From positions 210,986,001-211,050,000 of the forward strand of contig NC_091473.1 in NCBI RefSeq assembly GCF_036971445.1: a stretch of DNA of 64,000 nt, in the 5' to 3' direction. Numbering within the stretch: position 1 is the stretch's first letter; each line of letters starts with the position of its first letter. The translations under genes and the position numbers were made by a program. Below, piece after piece: positions 1-12,954 of this stretch. The notes beneath the pieces are model-generated. The model had not been told where the DNA came from and ran no database searches. It saw nothing but the letters and a program-made list of their open reading frames with translations. This stretch comes from Narcine bancroftii (lineage: Eukaryota).

Positions 1-781
1 GCCATCTCCTCTGTTTCTTCCCTCTCAGATGGTGCATGATCTTCCTGTCCTTTGATGCCTTGCTCCAGTCCTCTGATCCTTCAGCCTCTGTAGCCCCTCG
101 TGGCTACGGCTGATTAATAGGCGTCACCAACTAGGGCGCAGACCTGCGGTCAAGGAATTTCAACAAAAATCACCTTCAGATCCCTCAACGGGCCATTCAA
201 AGACCATGCAGAGCTGACGGTAATTGACAGGGCTGCTGGACACCATGGGAGCACTGTATCTCTGGTCCCCGCAGGTCTACACCAGCTGCTGCACTACTGG
301 CAGTGCTGCCATCTTAAACTGGCCATTCACCCTATCTCTTCCCCTCATATTCTTTAATTCCTCTCATCCTTGGTCGCTCCAAAGAGAAAACCCTGAGCTC
401 TGTCACTCTTGCTTCATATGACACATTCTCCAAACAGGCAACATGCTCGTAAGCCCCATCTGCACTCTCTCTGAAGCATTGACATCTTTGCAATACTGAG
501 GCGATCATCACTGTACAAATGATACTCTAAGTGTGGCCTTACCAGAGTTTTGTTGAACAATGTTATCTTGCTGCTCTTGAATTCAGTCCCTGACTAATGA
601 AGGCAAATGTACCACTCATAATCAGAGTGAATACCTTTCCTTTACACTTATCCTGACTCCAGTTCCTCCACACACAACAACATTGGCCCTAAAGTGAATC
701 AATTCTCTCCCCACTTCAAGTTCAACTTTATTATTATCTGACTGAACACATGCACCTTGTTGTAAATCTGGATGATTGTAT

Positions 782-820
782 ACACACACACACTCTCACA
801 AACACACACACACACACACA
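782..820. repeat. imperfect (CA)n microsatellite
   Basis: acacacacacactctcacaaacacacacacacacacaca seen directly. Confidence 0.9.
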
Positions 821-967
821 TTGGAGGAGGGGGAGTAACAGTGTCTTTTCCAGGGGAGATGATTCTAGAACTCATCCTCAATCTCAGGCACAACTTTTGT
901 TTCAATACCAAACACTATTTCCACATGGACATATTTATCTATGGCCACATGCACTGTTAAACCAAGT

Positions 968-1485
968 TGGTATGAGCCTAGAGGACCCCAAAACCCAGAA
1001 GCAATAGATATTCACCAAGACAAATGGTTACATAAACAAAAGTTGCTTTTAGTATCTTTAAACATGAAAACAGGATCAAACTTCAACTTATTACTATAAC
1101 TTAACTAACCTAACTTAACCCCCTTCTAATTCTAAGTGCATGTAATGTTTATGTAAGTTCAGAAAGGGTTAGGCTTCATTGATTCACAGTAGAATCTCAC
1201 TTCTCATTCCTCCAAATTTATTGGTTGCAGGCAATTATTATACTGTGCACAGAATTTAACTTTTATGAAGTTCACTAGGCTTTGGTGCTTGAAAGGTAAA
1301 TTATTACCATTCAGGAAGGTTCTTGTCAGTTTTCAGAGAGATATTTGTTGTTTGCTCGACACCCACAACTGATTCCTTCTGATCAGCCACTTCAATGTCT
1401 TGCTGAAGAAACCTGCCCCATCAGGGTTTTCCAGATGATAACCTCTTTCTTTCAGGTCACCACAGAGTTCTTTTCTGTTTCACTT
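968..1485 (-). mobile_element. partial LTR (family LTR-X), reverse-complement homolog of the 3' half of the solo LTR at 24231-25265; interrupted by ERV-A copy 1
   Basis: tggtatgagcctagaggaccccaaaacccag matches the reverse complement of the 25265 end (gggttttgcggtcctgcgggcccataaca); similarity continues to 1485. Confidence 0.75.
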
Positions 1486-1543
1486 TGTGAGAGATGAGTA
1501 AAATATGAGAGATGAAGAAAGCTAGTATGGATTGAGGGGAGAG

Positions 1544-4500
1544 TGATGATTTCTGGAGTAGGAGGAAGAGATTTTACGGTCCCTGTATTAAGGGATGTAA
1601 GAATACAAATGGAAAAAAGATAATAACAGAGGATATTTTACTAGTTCCCCAAGCTGGAGTTTGTTTGTTAGGACGAGACTTACAGGACCAATTGGCTATC
1701 AGCACCAGGCCACTGGAATCAGGTATCGGGGTTCAATTGTATGTATTAACCGAGCAGGATCGGGAACTAATAAATCCTGGAGTATGGGCAAAATTCCTCC
1801 CCTGCAAGCTACTTTAAAAGATCCTGAGCAAGTAATTAGACGAAAATAGTACCCAATACCTATGGCTGGCCGAAAGGGGCTGCAGCCAGTAATTGACCAG
1901 TTGGTGAAAGATGGTATATTCGAACCTTGTATGTCACCTTTTACCTGTCCAAAAATCAGACGGTACCTATCGATTAGTGCAGGACTTGAGGGAGCTGAAC
2001 AAAATTATTCTCACCCGTCACCCGGTTGTACATAATCCCTATATGATAATGGGTAAAATCGATCCCCATAGTAAATGGTTTAGTGTGATTGACCTCAAAG
2101 ATGCTTTTTGGACCTGTCCGTTAACAACAGAAAGCAGAGATATGTTTGCCTTTGAATGGGAAAATCCTTTTACTGGAAGCAAGAATCAATACCGGTGGAT
2201 GGTCCTTCCTCAGGGCTTTACAAAATCACCAAATTTATTCGTCCAGGTCTTAGAACAAATACTAGATGAGGCTCCTCAGAGAGAGAATTGCCAGTTGATA
2301 CAATATGTTGATGATTTGTTAATTACGGGAAAAACGTATGAATCAGCTAAACAGTATACTGTTGAACTTTTGAATTTTCTGGAGGATAAGGGTCTCAGGG
2401 TGAGTGAATCCAAATTACAATTTGTTCAATCAGAAGTTAAATACTTAGGTCATCTGGTAAGTCAGGGAACTAGGAAAATAAGTCCAGAGAGGATGCGTGG
2501 TATTCGACAGATCCCACCTCCCAAGAATGCCCAAGAATTTAGGAAATTCCTTGGTTTAGTGGGATACAGTAAAATCTGGGTTGAAAATTATTCTAGCCTG
2601 GTCAGATTTCTCTATGATAAACTCACGATTCTAGGGGGCGAAGCTGTTGTCTGGACAGAGGAAGAGATTAAAGATTTTAACTTGGTGAAACAGCGCCTTA
2701 TTAGTGCCCCAGTGTTGGCTTTACCCGACCTAAATAAGCCATTTGACCTATATACCAATGCAAAAGGAGGTGTGGCCACCGGAGTACTAACACAAGAGAG
2801 GGCAGGCTGTAGACAGCCAGTTGCTTTTCTGTCAAAAGTTTTAGACCCTGTTTGTGGTGGTTGGCCAGAATGTGTGCAAGCCATCGCAGCCACTGCTATT
2901 TTAGTTGAGGAAGGACAAAAGATTACGTTTGGTGCCCCGATGATAGTTCACACCCCCCACACAGTCCGCAATATTTTCTTACAACGTGCTGGAAGGTGGC
3001 TTACAGACTCTAGAATTTTAAAATATGAAGCGATCCTAATGGATAGGGATGATTTGACCCTGATTACGAATAAAGAACACAATCCAGCAGCTTTCTTGGT
3101 TTCTCCAAATTCTGACAATACCATAAATGATTTAGAGCATGTATGTTTAGAGGTAATAGATTTACAGACCAAAATTAGAGAGGATTTAAGCGATGAGCCT
3201 TTACAGGAGGGTGAAAGGTGGTTTATTGATGGATCTTCCCGTTGCATTGATGGCACTCGCTATAGCGGGTATAGTGTAGTGGATGGGAAGGAAGGAGTAG
3301 TGATTGAAGCTAGTCGCCTTCCCGGTCATTGGTCAGCACAGTCTTGTGAATTGTATGCCCTCTGTAGAGCTCTCCAGGGTCAAGAGAACAAGGGCACGAT
3401 CTACACAGACTCAAAGTACGCTTTTGGTGTAGTGCACACCTTTGGGAAGATCTGGAAAGAGCGGGGAATGATAACTGGGAAAGGACAAAAGTTGATACAT
3501 GAAAACTTAATTGTCCAATCTCTAGATGCTCTTACATTACCTGAGGAAATAGCTGTAGTTCATGTACGGAGCCATCAAAGTGGTGACAATCCTGAAGCAC
3601 AGTGGAACAGACAGCTGCCAAACAGGCTGCGCTCACGGAGAAAAATAGACATGCAGCTGTTACTGCCCACCCCATATTCAAAAGACTCCCATCTTTTCAC
3701 GGGAAGAGGAGGTTTACATGAAGGACCAGGGAATGCGTCAAACTGTTGATGGGTTGTGGTGGATGGCAGAAGGATGCCAAGTGCTGAACCAAGCCTTGGC
3801 TCGGCAAATTATTGATCAGCTCCACCAGCAGACACACTGGGGAACACAGGCACTTGTGGATACTTTTGTACGGTATTTTCATTGCTCGGGAATATACACT
3901 ATAGCCAAGCAGAGTACGCGGGGTTGTCCAATCTGTCAGAGAGTAAATAAGAAAGTTATGTGCCAGGTAATGCCTGGTGGTCGTGATATAGCTGTACGCC
4001 CGTTTCAACGGATACAAATTGATTTTACGGAATTACCTAAGATAGGGGTTTACAAATACCTCCTGGTGATGGTAGATCATTTCACACGATGGGTTGAGGC
4101 TTTCCCCAACCCCTAATGATCGTGCCAGCACTGTTATCAGGATACTACTGGAGTCTGTGATTCCACGATATGGTATGATTCAAACCATTGACTCAGATCG
4201 AGGTACACATTTTACCTCGCAGGTACTCCAGGGTGTGTGTAAAATACTGGGAATAGATTGGCAGTTACATACCCCATGGCACCCCAGAGCTCAGGCCATG
4301 TTGAACGAATGAATCAGACCTTGAAAAATCAGCTCACTCGACCATGAAGAAAATGGCCTCTCCTGGATTAAATGCTTACCCTTAGCTTTAATTAGGACTC
4401 GCACAGCTCCTCATAAGGACCTTGCTGTCTCACCATATGAAATGATGTTTGGTCTTCCTTACATGGGATTCCACACTGATACCCCTATCCCTGAAGCTAA

Positions 4501-4867
4501 TGACCAATATATATCTAAATATTTACAGGGACTTTCTACTTCTCTGTATGACTTATGACAGAAGGGCTTATTAACTCAAACCCCACCCCTGGAGTATCCT
4601 ATTCATTCTATTAAACCTGGTGATTGGGTATATGTAAAAGCATGGTAAGATCACCAACTAAAACCTGTCTGGGATGGCCCCTATTGTGTACTTTTGATTA
4701 CAGACACTGCCGTGCGAATTAAAGAAAAGGGATAGAGCCACATCCAACGAATTAAACGAGGTGCTGAACCATAGACTAACGACATTGATAATCTACCCTC
4801 CACCTGGCGTGCAGTCCTTCATCCCTCTGATCTGAAAGTTACACTACGCCGGGAAAAAGTGCTGTAA
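1544..4867 (+). pseudogene. pol: ERV-A copy 1 pro-pol (RT, RNase H, integrase), frameshifted
   Basis: ORF 1911-3749 has LPQGF, YVDD and RNase H FIDGSS/YTDSKY; ORFs 3718-4312 have the IN HHCC zinc finger, QIDF and DSDRGTHF; stop TAA 4865-4867. Confidence 0.93.
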
Positions 4868-6012
4868 TGTTGTTTTTACCATTTGCTGTTTTGTTTATTT
4901 GTTGGTTCCCAATTTTTGGGAAATCACCAAATTGCTCACAATGTATTAAGTCCTCCTGGAATAGGGGCAGCAGAGGTGACAATTATTTACCTTTAGAATG
5001 CAGACAGGGCGCAGGTATAGAGTATAGTCATAGTGGGGTACCTTAATTAGTATGGGTTAATATAGGATCTCAGCATGGACCAGGGGAACAGAACGACCCT
5101 AGGGGAGTAGATTTGATTTGTATTTCGGCCTCTACAGGTATTAAAAAGAGGAGTTTTAAAGGGATAGCACAAAGAAGATGGTGGGACAATGACAGACAGA
5201 ATGTTAGTCAGGATTGTACATGTAGCAGAGATAGAGTGAATACATATGCTAATGTTCACAGACAGGCTGCAACTCACAGGTTCAGTGATACTTATGCTAA
5301 TGTTAGCAGACAAGATGCAACTCACACGTTAAGTGACAAGAAACACCCCTCCCCAACTTGGTCTCCTGTAAATCATCCTTCGGGTCACACAGACATTCGG
5401 AAAGTTAAGAACTACCACTGTAAGGGGAGTTCCAGTTGTAAACGACGTAAGCTGCTCCAGAACACCACAGCTGCTTGGCATTTAAATTGTTTAATCAGAC
5501 TCCAGGCAGCCTTGGAGATCATCACCAAACAGACAGCGATGGCCCTGAATTTATGGGCTGAAGAAAGACAACAGATACGAGCCACAGTTCAACAAAACCG
5601 CCTGGCTCTCGATTACTCGTTGGCTGCTGAAGGCAGCGTTTGTGAAAGACTGGTTAATGACAATGCTCACAACGGTCAGGCGGTAAAAGACACTTCTTCA
5701 GGAGTTCGAAAATCTTCCCATACCCAGGTTCAGACTTGTCAACCTCGGTCCGGTGTGGGATGGACTAGACTTTTTATTGGTAACTGGAGTCTGATACCCA
5801 CAGCTGGACTTGCTATTCTGGCCATTATAGTGCTCCCCCGCCTAAAGACTTGTGTGCAGTATTTAATTCAACGATCCCCTCGTCAGATCACTATAACCCA
5901 AAGGATGTATGTTTCCCAAATTCTGTCTGATGATGCTGAGACTGCAGTTCATTTACTGACTCGCTGGGAAAAAGACCAAGTTACATTCCAGTTGAGAATT
6001 CACAAAGCGTAG
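4867..6012 (+). pseudogene. env: ERV-A copy 1 shortened env-derived ORF; open except one in-frame TAA within a 12-bp insertion (5041-5052)
   Basis: hydrophobic signal-like start MLFLPFAVLFICWF, CSQC, ERV3-like LIRLQAALEII, ISD-like QQNRLALDYSLAAEGSVC, hydrophobic TM. Confidence 0.8.
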
Positions 6013-6014
6013 CT

Positions 6015-6031
6015 AAAAGAAAAGTGAGGAT
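6015..6031 (+). promoter_or_regulatory. polypurine tract
   Basis: AAAAGAAAAGTGAGGAT immediately before the LTR TG. Confidence 0.85.
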
Positions 6032-6596
6032 TGTGAGAGATGAGTAAAACTAATATGAAAAATATGAAAGATGAAGAAAACTAGTATGGATATATGTGGA
6101 ATGAATAAAGCCAGTATGAATAGGATAAGGATAGATAATAGATAATAGAATGTAGGAAGTAAAGTTAGTCTGAATAAGATAAGGGTATTTTAGCCTTTTA
6201 GACAGAATTAGCAAGTTCTGCATATAAGAAGTTAGTAAGCCCTGAGAGTCCGGAAGGTATGAATTAGAACAAAGGCAGGTTTGTGAATAAGGACAATAAG
6301 GACAATGACATGATGGGACACCGACAGGATACCCCCTGGTCCTCCAAGTTCACAGAAACAGCACGTAGGCAGGCAGGATTGACTAATGCCAAACTCATCC
6401 AGGAGGCAGAAGAATGTTAGGGGGAGGGTACTTCTATACTGAAATCAACTGTATAAAAGTTGGGTGAGCCCCAGTGTGTGTGTGTATTCCCAGGGCAAGG
6501 GGAAAGCACCCAACTTTGCATTGTTGTATAATAAATGTTCTTTGTTCTCAATTTTTGACTCGAGCAATTTCTGTGAAGGTACTTCTGTTTCTCACA
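6032..6596 (+). repeat. ERV-A 3' LTR (565 bp)
   Basis: TG...CA ends with inverted TGTGAGA/TCTCACA, TATAAAA at about 6453, AATAAA at about 6530; homologous to nine other LTR copies or fragments in the window. Confidence 0.93.
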
Positions 6597-6995
6597 GTAA
6601 TGTTCTCCAGGCCAACACAGCTCTTCATTTTAGGAGTCAGAGTTCCAGGAAACCGCTATGTACTCGCTGGCCACTGCCAATGTGATCATAACAAATCGAA
6701 TTTGAAGTTTGGACAGCTTACATCCATTATGTTTCCCAACATGAAGAGCTCTGGATCCTCTGGGAATTCTTTACCTTTGTTATTTTTTCCAGAGCTTGGC
6801 CTCATTCCACTCAAAATGGTCTCACCTTGGCTCATGTCCAGGTTGTGTGCACAAAATCCCTGTTGCAATGCTACATCTAAAACATTGGTCTGATGGTTCG
6901 GCTAAAGAACTGTTCAATTTTTGTGGCATCAGGTATAGCTTGCGCAAAAATCATATTGCATCAGCCAACCATGCATTGATGGCTGCAGTCCATAG
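6597..6995 (-). mobile_element. degraded L1-clade ORF2 C-terminal fragment
   Basis: reverse strand encodes LYLMPQKLN..SDQCFRC and FPEDPELFMLGN, similar to the C-terminus of the L1 ORF2 at 13230-14921. Confidence 0.6.
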
Positions 6996-6999
6996 GAAC

Positions 7000-8995
7000 A
7001 TTGTTTTGAAAGACAGATTTTAATTGAATTTACCAATGAAATTGATCATTCCCAGCACTCTCAATATGCCTTTTTTGACAGTGGGTCTGTGCATTTCTAG
7101 AAGTGCTTTCACCTTGCTCATGTCTGGCTCTATACCTGCCTCTGACAGTTTGTCTCCCAGACAGATGATTTCCTTCGCACCAAACTGACATTTTTCCCTG
7201 TTTAACTTATACTTCTGGATGTGTTGTAACACTTTGATGAGCCTTTTATAATGTTGTTTTTGTGTGGATCCCCATAGGATTATGTCATCCATGTACACAC
7301 ATACCCCATTTATGCCTTTGATGATGTGATCAATTGTCCTGTGGAACACGTCTGAAGCTGAGGAAATACCAAAAGGCATCCTCAGACAGGAGTATTGGCC
7401 AAATGGTCTATTACAGTATTTTGTGCCATATACATGCAGTTTTATTTGCCATAAGCCCTGGGATGCATCCAATTTAGTGAAAAACTTTGCACTGGCCATC
7501 TCACTTGTCATTTCATCCCTGGTTGGGATTTGATAATGTTCCCTCTTTATATTGACATTCAAGTCTCTTGTGTCCATGCACACGCATAGGTCACTGGTCT
7601 TTTTGACACACATCATTGAATTCACCCATTCTGTGGGTTTGTGCATGAGCCCTAGTGTCATCATTCGGTTGAGTTCCTGCTTGAACTTTTCTTTTAGGGT
7701 GCTGGAACCCACCTCGATCCAGTAGTAACTGGCTGTGCATCCTCTTTTAACTGTATGTTATAGGTGAATGGTAGAATTCCAAAGCCCTTGAAGATGTTGG
7801 GAAATTGATCCAGTATTTCCTCTTCGCTGTTCAGTACATAGTCACTATTAATGTGATACACCCTCTTGACTAGGTGAAAGTTTTCACATGCTTTGTCACC
7901 CAGCAGTGAATAATGTCCATCTGGGACTACTGTAAACCCGAGGTGATGCTCTTCATCCTTATCTTTCACCTTGAGTTTACATGCACCTATCGTTTCGATG
8001 CTCTGTCTATTGCATGTTTTGAGCAGTACAGGATATACATGGATGTATTAGTTTATCTTCATTCCCCTGATATCGCGCTCACAGATCAAATTGACCTTTG
8101 CCTTTGTGTCTACATAGAAAGAAATATTTGCTCCATTTGTATGCAATGACACACTCCATTTTTCCTGCTCGACACTGTTCACTTCCTGCACCACCATGCC
8201 CATGAAAAGTTTATCACTGGGAGCTGCTTCTTTTATAGTGTGTACAGTGCCTTCTTTGCTACAGTGTATTGTATAGGGTGAACTCTTTTACTTCTGTTCC
8301 ATTTCCCTTTGGAAAAACATTACTTGGCATACTGATTCTGCCCTTTGCACTTGCTACACTTTTTCCATAAACTGGGCATTGCTTTAGTGCATGTTTACTG
8401 CCACATTGTGTCCAACTGAATGTCTCTCCATCTTTTTACTGGTTCCTGTATCTTATTTTGTGTGTGTCTGTGCCCAGACTCTGGTAATGACTATGCCTTT
8501 ATTTTCATTGGCTTTTACACTAACACCAAATTTTTTATTGTGCTGTAGAGTTATTTCACTGGTGTGGCATATCTTCGTAGCTCCAGCTAAGGTAAGTTTT
8601 GAGTCTTGCAGGAACCTCTCTCTCATTTTCTTATCATTAATTCCGAGCATGGATCATTGAATCTTGCAGCGATCCACAACTGCATGTTCTTGCTTTTAGT
8701 CTGTTAAAAAAGTATCAAAACTCTCTCCCTGCATCTGCGTGCATAAGTGAAACACATACATCTTGAAGGTTTAATTTTTCTTTGGTGAACAGTCTTGAAT
8801 TTGCTGTGATTGTCTGTGTCAGCAAAAATAAATGTTTTGAAAACCTCTAGTACTTGAGGTCCTGCCACGTTAAGAAGCCAATGCAATCTTCCAAATTCTA
8901 AGTTTGCTATCGATTCCAATTGCTTGCAGGCACAAGATAAAGCTTTATTTAAACAGCTTCCTATCATGGTCAACATTTCCAACTAATTTTACAGG
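7000..8995 (-). mobile_element. truncated Ty3/Gypsy LTR retrotransposon internal region (gag, protease, RT), degraded
   Basis: RT motifs KLDASQGLWQI, RMPFGISSA, YMDD (7020-7712); gag-like VAGPQVLEVFKTF and GINDKKMRERFLQDSKLTL (8453-8982). Confidence 0.85.
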
Positions 8996-9306
8996 ATTAG
9001 GACAATAAGGACAATGACATGATGGGACAATGACAGGATATCCCCTGGTCCTCCAAGTTCACAGAAACAGCATGTAGGCAGACAGGATTGCCTAATGCCA
9101 AACTCATCCAGGAGGCAGAAGCATGTAAGGGGGAGGGTACTTCTATACTGAAATAAACTGTATAAAAGTTGGGTAAGCCCCAGTGTGTATGTGTATTCCC
9201 AGGGTAAGGGGAAGCACCCAACTTTGCATTGTTGTATAATAAATGTTCTTTGTTCTCAATTTTTGTCTTAAGCAAATTCTGTGAAGGTACTTCTATTTCT
9301 AACAAA

Positions 9307-9324
9307 TGGGGGCTCGTCCGGGAT
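9307..9324 (+). promoter_or_regulatory. primer binding site, tRNA-Pro
   Basis: TGGGGGCTCGTCCGGGAT, the MLV-type PBS-Pro, 2 nt after the LTR CA. Confidence 0.95.
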
Positions 9325-9536
9325 CACACTCCCTCCACTGACAGAGTGCCCGACGACGAGGGTAGGTGCACCCCAGCTGATTTAGCTGGACTCACGGACG
9401 AAGGGTGACTGGTCAGTGGATGAAGCGAGTGATATCCGAGAAGAGGCATTGAGAACAAACAATGGGAGAACATTAAGGAAGCACGCTAGGAATAGCTACT
9501 GGGTCCCGGTAAGAGGAATTTTACTTACCTATTAGT

Positions 9537-11495
9537 ATGGGAGGTGTGAGTAGCAAGGGAAATGGTCCTAAGGAAGGACAGGACAATCAGATAACTAAGC
9601 AAAGTCCGTTAGGATTAATGCTATCTGATTGGGGTGCAGGGAGAACCCATGGGAAAGACAAACTGACCATGGTCAGGTATTGCTGTCTGGATTGGGTTAA
9701 AAGTCCGATAAAAGAGAGTTCGGTATATTGGCCAAAGCTCGGATCCGAGGATGACTGGATGTGTCAGGCATTGAACATCTGGCTCTATCAAAACCAAAGA
9801 GATAATATTGAGAGCAGGGAATATGCAGCCTGCTGGCTCAGTGGATCGGTTGATCAACTGGTTTTGAATGAAAAGGAATGTAAGGACAAGAAAGATGAGG
9901 AACCTTTTGTCCCTGAAACACAAGGATGGGATGTGTTACATTCCCTTCCTCCACCTTATGCTCCTCCTATGCCGGTTCCTATCTTTCCTCTCTCTCCTAT
10001 GCTCTACCCTTCTGCACCTTCCCATCCTCCCCCACAGCTAAAGAAAGGGGAAGAAAGTAGGGGTGGTATGATCACCTGTTCACAAAGTACTAGATTACCA
10101 CCTCAATTGACAAGAGAGGGAGGAGACTTTGATTCAAAACAGTGTGAGACCCTCTGGAAGGGAAGGGCAGAACCTTTTGATTGATTTCCTGGAGAGCAGG
10201 AATCTAGACATTATAAAGGAGAGGATAAGCCAGAAATTAACTGGATGAGACCTTTACGGGAAGTTCCCATGGGAGGGGGTCTCGGTTTTGTAAATGTGCC
10301 CTGACTAGTACGGAGGTGCGTAATTTTAAGAGAGAATGCCCAATAAACAGAAAGGAAAGGCTAAGATTTTGATGCAGGCAGTCAAGGAAGTCGTGGAGGG
10401 ACAGCAAGGAAAGGGTAGGGGCTGTGTGCCAGCTCCTGGACATTGGGTGGATCTCCGGGAGTGGGAGAGTAGAGACCAGAGCAGGGGCAAGGGTAGAGGG
10501 GAATTCCAGGGACGACGACTGTTCCTGGGACCTCGTGGTAATCCTGGTAGGAATTGGGAAACAGGAGCATTAGTTAGCTACTATTGTAAAATGAGGGACA
10601 TTTTAAGAGAGAATGCCCAATGCGAGCCAGGGAGACACGATCTTATGCACTGATGTGTTGGAATATAGGGGTTAATTAATCATAGAAAATATGTAGACTA
10701 TATGCTTATGTACTATTCAGTTTGTATACATGAATCCAGTACTTTGTAACAATTTAATATTTACCTCGTGATGAAAGGAAAGAGTAATGTAAGTAATGGG
10801 CAGCCATAGTATGTAGCAAAGTTGGCTGATTACAGTAGGTTTAGAATTGTCCGCTCCCAAAATACAAAAGAGAGGATATGTATGAAACAATTTAGTAGGA
10901 ATGTTAAGGCAAAAGGAGGTGTTGATTAGCACAAACAAAGAGACTGTCAGAAACAAAGAGAATGGAAGAGTAAGAAGCTAAGACAGAAGGAGGTGTTGAG
11001 TAGAACAGAGGAATATGGCCAGATGAGAACAAAAAATAATTAGAAATATCTTGGGTATGAATTGATTTCTGATCAAAACAACAGGATATTCTGACCTTGA
11101 GGATTAAGATGGGAGCTCTACACCCCAGAACTGCAGAGCAGGAAATTACGTGATAAATGTTATGCAAGAAATCTAGCAAAGAAAGCCAACTTTTGTTCTG
11201 TATGATAATGAAATCTAGCAAAGGAAGCCAACTTTTGTTCTGTATGATAAGGTTGAGCTATATAAACTGTAGAGACTGGACAGTAGAGGTCAGTCTTGGG
11301 GAATAACTCACTGTGCAGGTGACCTATGAACTAACGACTGAACCAGAGCTCTGTTAAGCTTTATTCTTATGCTGTGTAATATACTGATTCTCCTATCACT
11401 TCATTTAATGAACACGCTGGACTCAGACGACACATAGACTAAATTAAGGGTAGGGTAAAGCCAGAGTCCGACAGATGGAAGCAGATTATGAATAG
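9537..11495 (+). pseudogene. gag: ERV-A copy 2 gag (MA, PPPY/PSAP late domains; capsid largely deleted; interrupted by a solo LTR just before the amber stop)
   Basis: MGGVSS myristoylation-type start, LPPPY, PSAP; degenerate NC knuckle; TAG 11493-11495. Confidence 0.85.
10656..11473 (+). mobile_element. solo LTR of an unrelated family (818 bp) inserted in the gag end
   Basis: TGTTGGA...TCCGACA ends, 4-bp TSD GATG (10652-10655 / 11474-11477), TATAAA at about 11262, internal ~42-bp tandem duplication at 11168-11250. Confidence 0.88.
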
Positions 11496-11787
11496 GGGGT
11501 TTCACGGTTCTTAGTCAATACACACCGTGGGGCTGCACGGAGAACCATTGGTAAATTTAAGCATAGATCCCCACAGTGACAAGATGGTATTTTTAGTTGA
11601 TTCTGGGGCAGCCCGGTGTAGTATTTTACAACCACCCGAGGGTGTTAAGATAGAGGGGACCGTGATGATTTTGGGAGTAGGAGGAAGAGATTTTACGGTC
11701 CCTGTATTAAGGGATGTAAGAATACAAATGGGAGAAAAGATAATAACAGACGATATTTTACTAGTTCCCCAAGCTGGAGTTTGTTTG

Positions 11788-12427
11788 TGTTAGAAACAGA
11801 TGTACTTTCACAGAAATTGCTCGAGACAAAAATTGAGAACAAAGAACATTTATTATACAACAATGCAAAGTTGGGTGCTTCCCCTTACCCTGGGAATACA
11901 CAAATACCCAACTTTTATACAGTTTATTTCAGTATAGGAATACCCCCCCCCCCCTACCTTTACATTCTTCTGCCTCCTGGAGAGGTTTGGCATTAGGCAA
12001 TCCTGCCTGCCCACGTGCTGTTTCTGTGCACTTGGAGGACCAGGGGGTATCCTGTCGGTGTTTATCATGTCATTGCCCTCATTGTCCTTATTCACAACCC
12101 TGTCTTTATTCTAATTTACACCTTCCCGACCCTCAGGGCTGTGTCCTCTTCATATGTAGAACTGGCTAATACTGTCTAAGGCTTACTAATTACATATGCA
12201 AACCTGCTAATTCTATCTGGGGCTAGAAGACCCTTATCTCATTCATACAGTGAACTTGCTGATTCTGTCTAGGCTAGGAGATCCTTATCTTACTCAGACT
12301 GATTCTGCTTCCTGCATTCTAATATCCATGTCTTATCCTGTTCATACTAGCTTTATTCATTTTCCCATGTATCTATTTTAGTTTCCTCATCTTCATATTT
12401 TTATATCAGTTGTACTCATCTCTCACA
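11788..12427 (-). mobile_element. ERV-A solo LTR (640 bp) inserted antisense into pro of its own family
   Basis: reverse complement of the ERV-A LTR; TSD TTTG (11784-11787 / 12428-12431). Confidence 0.93.
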
Positions 12428-12954
12428 TTTGTTAGGACAAGATTTACAGGACCAATTGGCTATTGGCACCAGACCACAGGAATCGGGTATCGGGGTTTAA
12501 TTGTATGTATTAAGCGAGGAACATCGAGAACTAATAAATCCTGGAGTATGGGCAGAAAGAGGCAGTAGAGGAGTGTTAGATATTCCTCCCCTGCAAGTTA
12601 CTCTAAAAGATCTTGAGCAAGTAATTAGACGAAAGGAGTATCCAATTCCGATGGCTGGCCGAAAGGGGCTGCAGCCAGTAATTGACCAGTTGGTGAAAGA
12701 TAGTATACTCGAACCTTGTATTTCACCTTTTAATACCCCAATTTTACCTGTCCAAAAACCAGACAGTACCTATCGATTAGTACAGGACTTGAGGGAGCTG
12801 AACAAAATTATTCTCACCTGTCACCCAGTTGTATCTAATCCCTATACAATAATGGGTAAAATCGATCCCCATAGTAAATGGTTTAGTGTAATTGACCTCA
12901 AAGATTCTTTCTGGACCTGTCCGTTAGCAACAGAGAGCAGAGACATGTTTGCCT

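Larger units (their letters stand above)
1486..6596 (+). mobile_element. ERV-A provirus copy 1 (class I, gamma-like); 5' LTR reduced to about 57 bp and fused directly to pro (PBS and gag deleted)
   Basis: TGTGAGAGATGAGTA LTR start at 1486, pro-pol from about 1544, env-like ORF, PPT and complete 3' LTR ending TCTCACA at 6596; flanks ACTT/GTAA do not form a TSD. Confidence 0.9.

Noticed and set aside
5440-5451. KRRK as the furin cleavage site of mini-Env
   Set aside because: Not conserved (KRQQR, KRRE in other copies), not followed by a hydrophobic fusion peptide, and positioned where related Envs have TM N-terminal sequence.
9307-9324. tRNA-like sequences here and at 35217, 45442 and 48791
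   Set aside because: Only 18-nt complements of tRNA 3' ends next to LTRs, so primer binding sites rather than tRNA genes.
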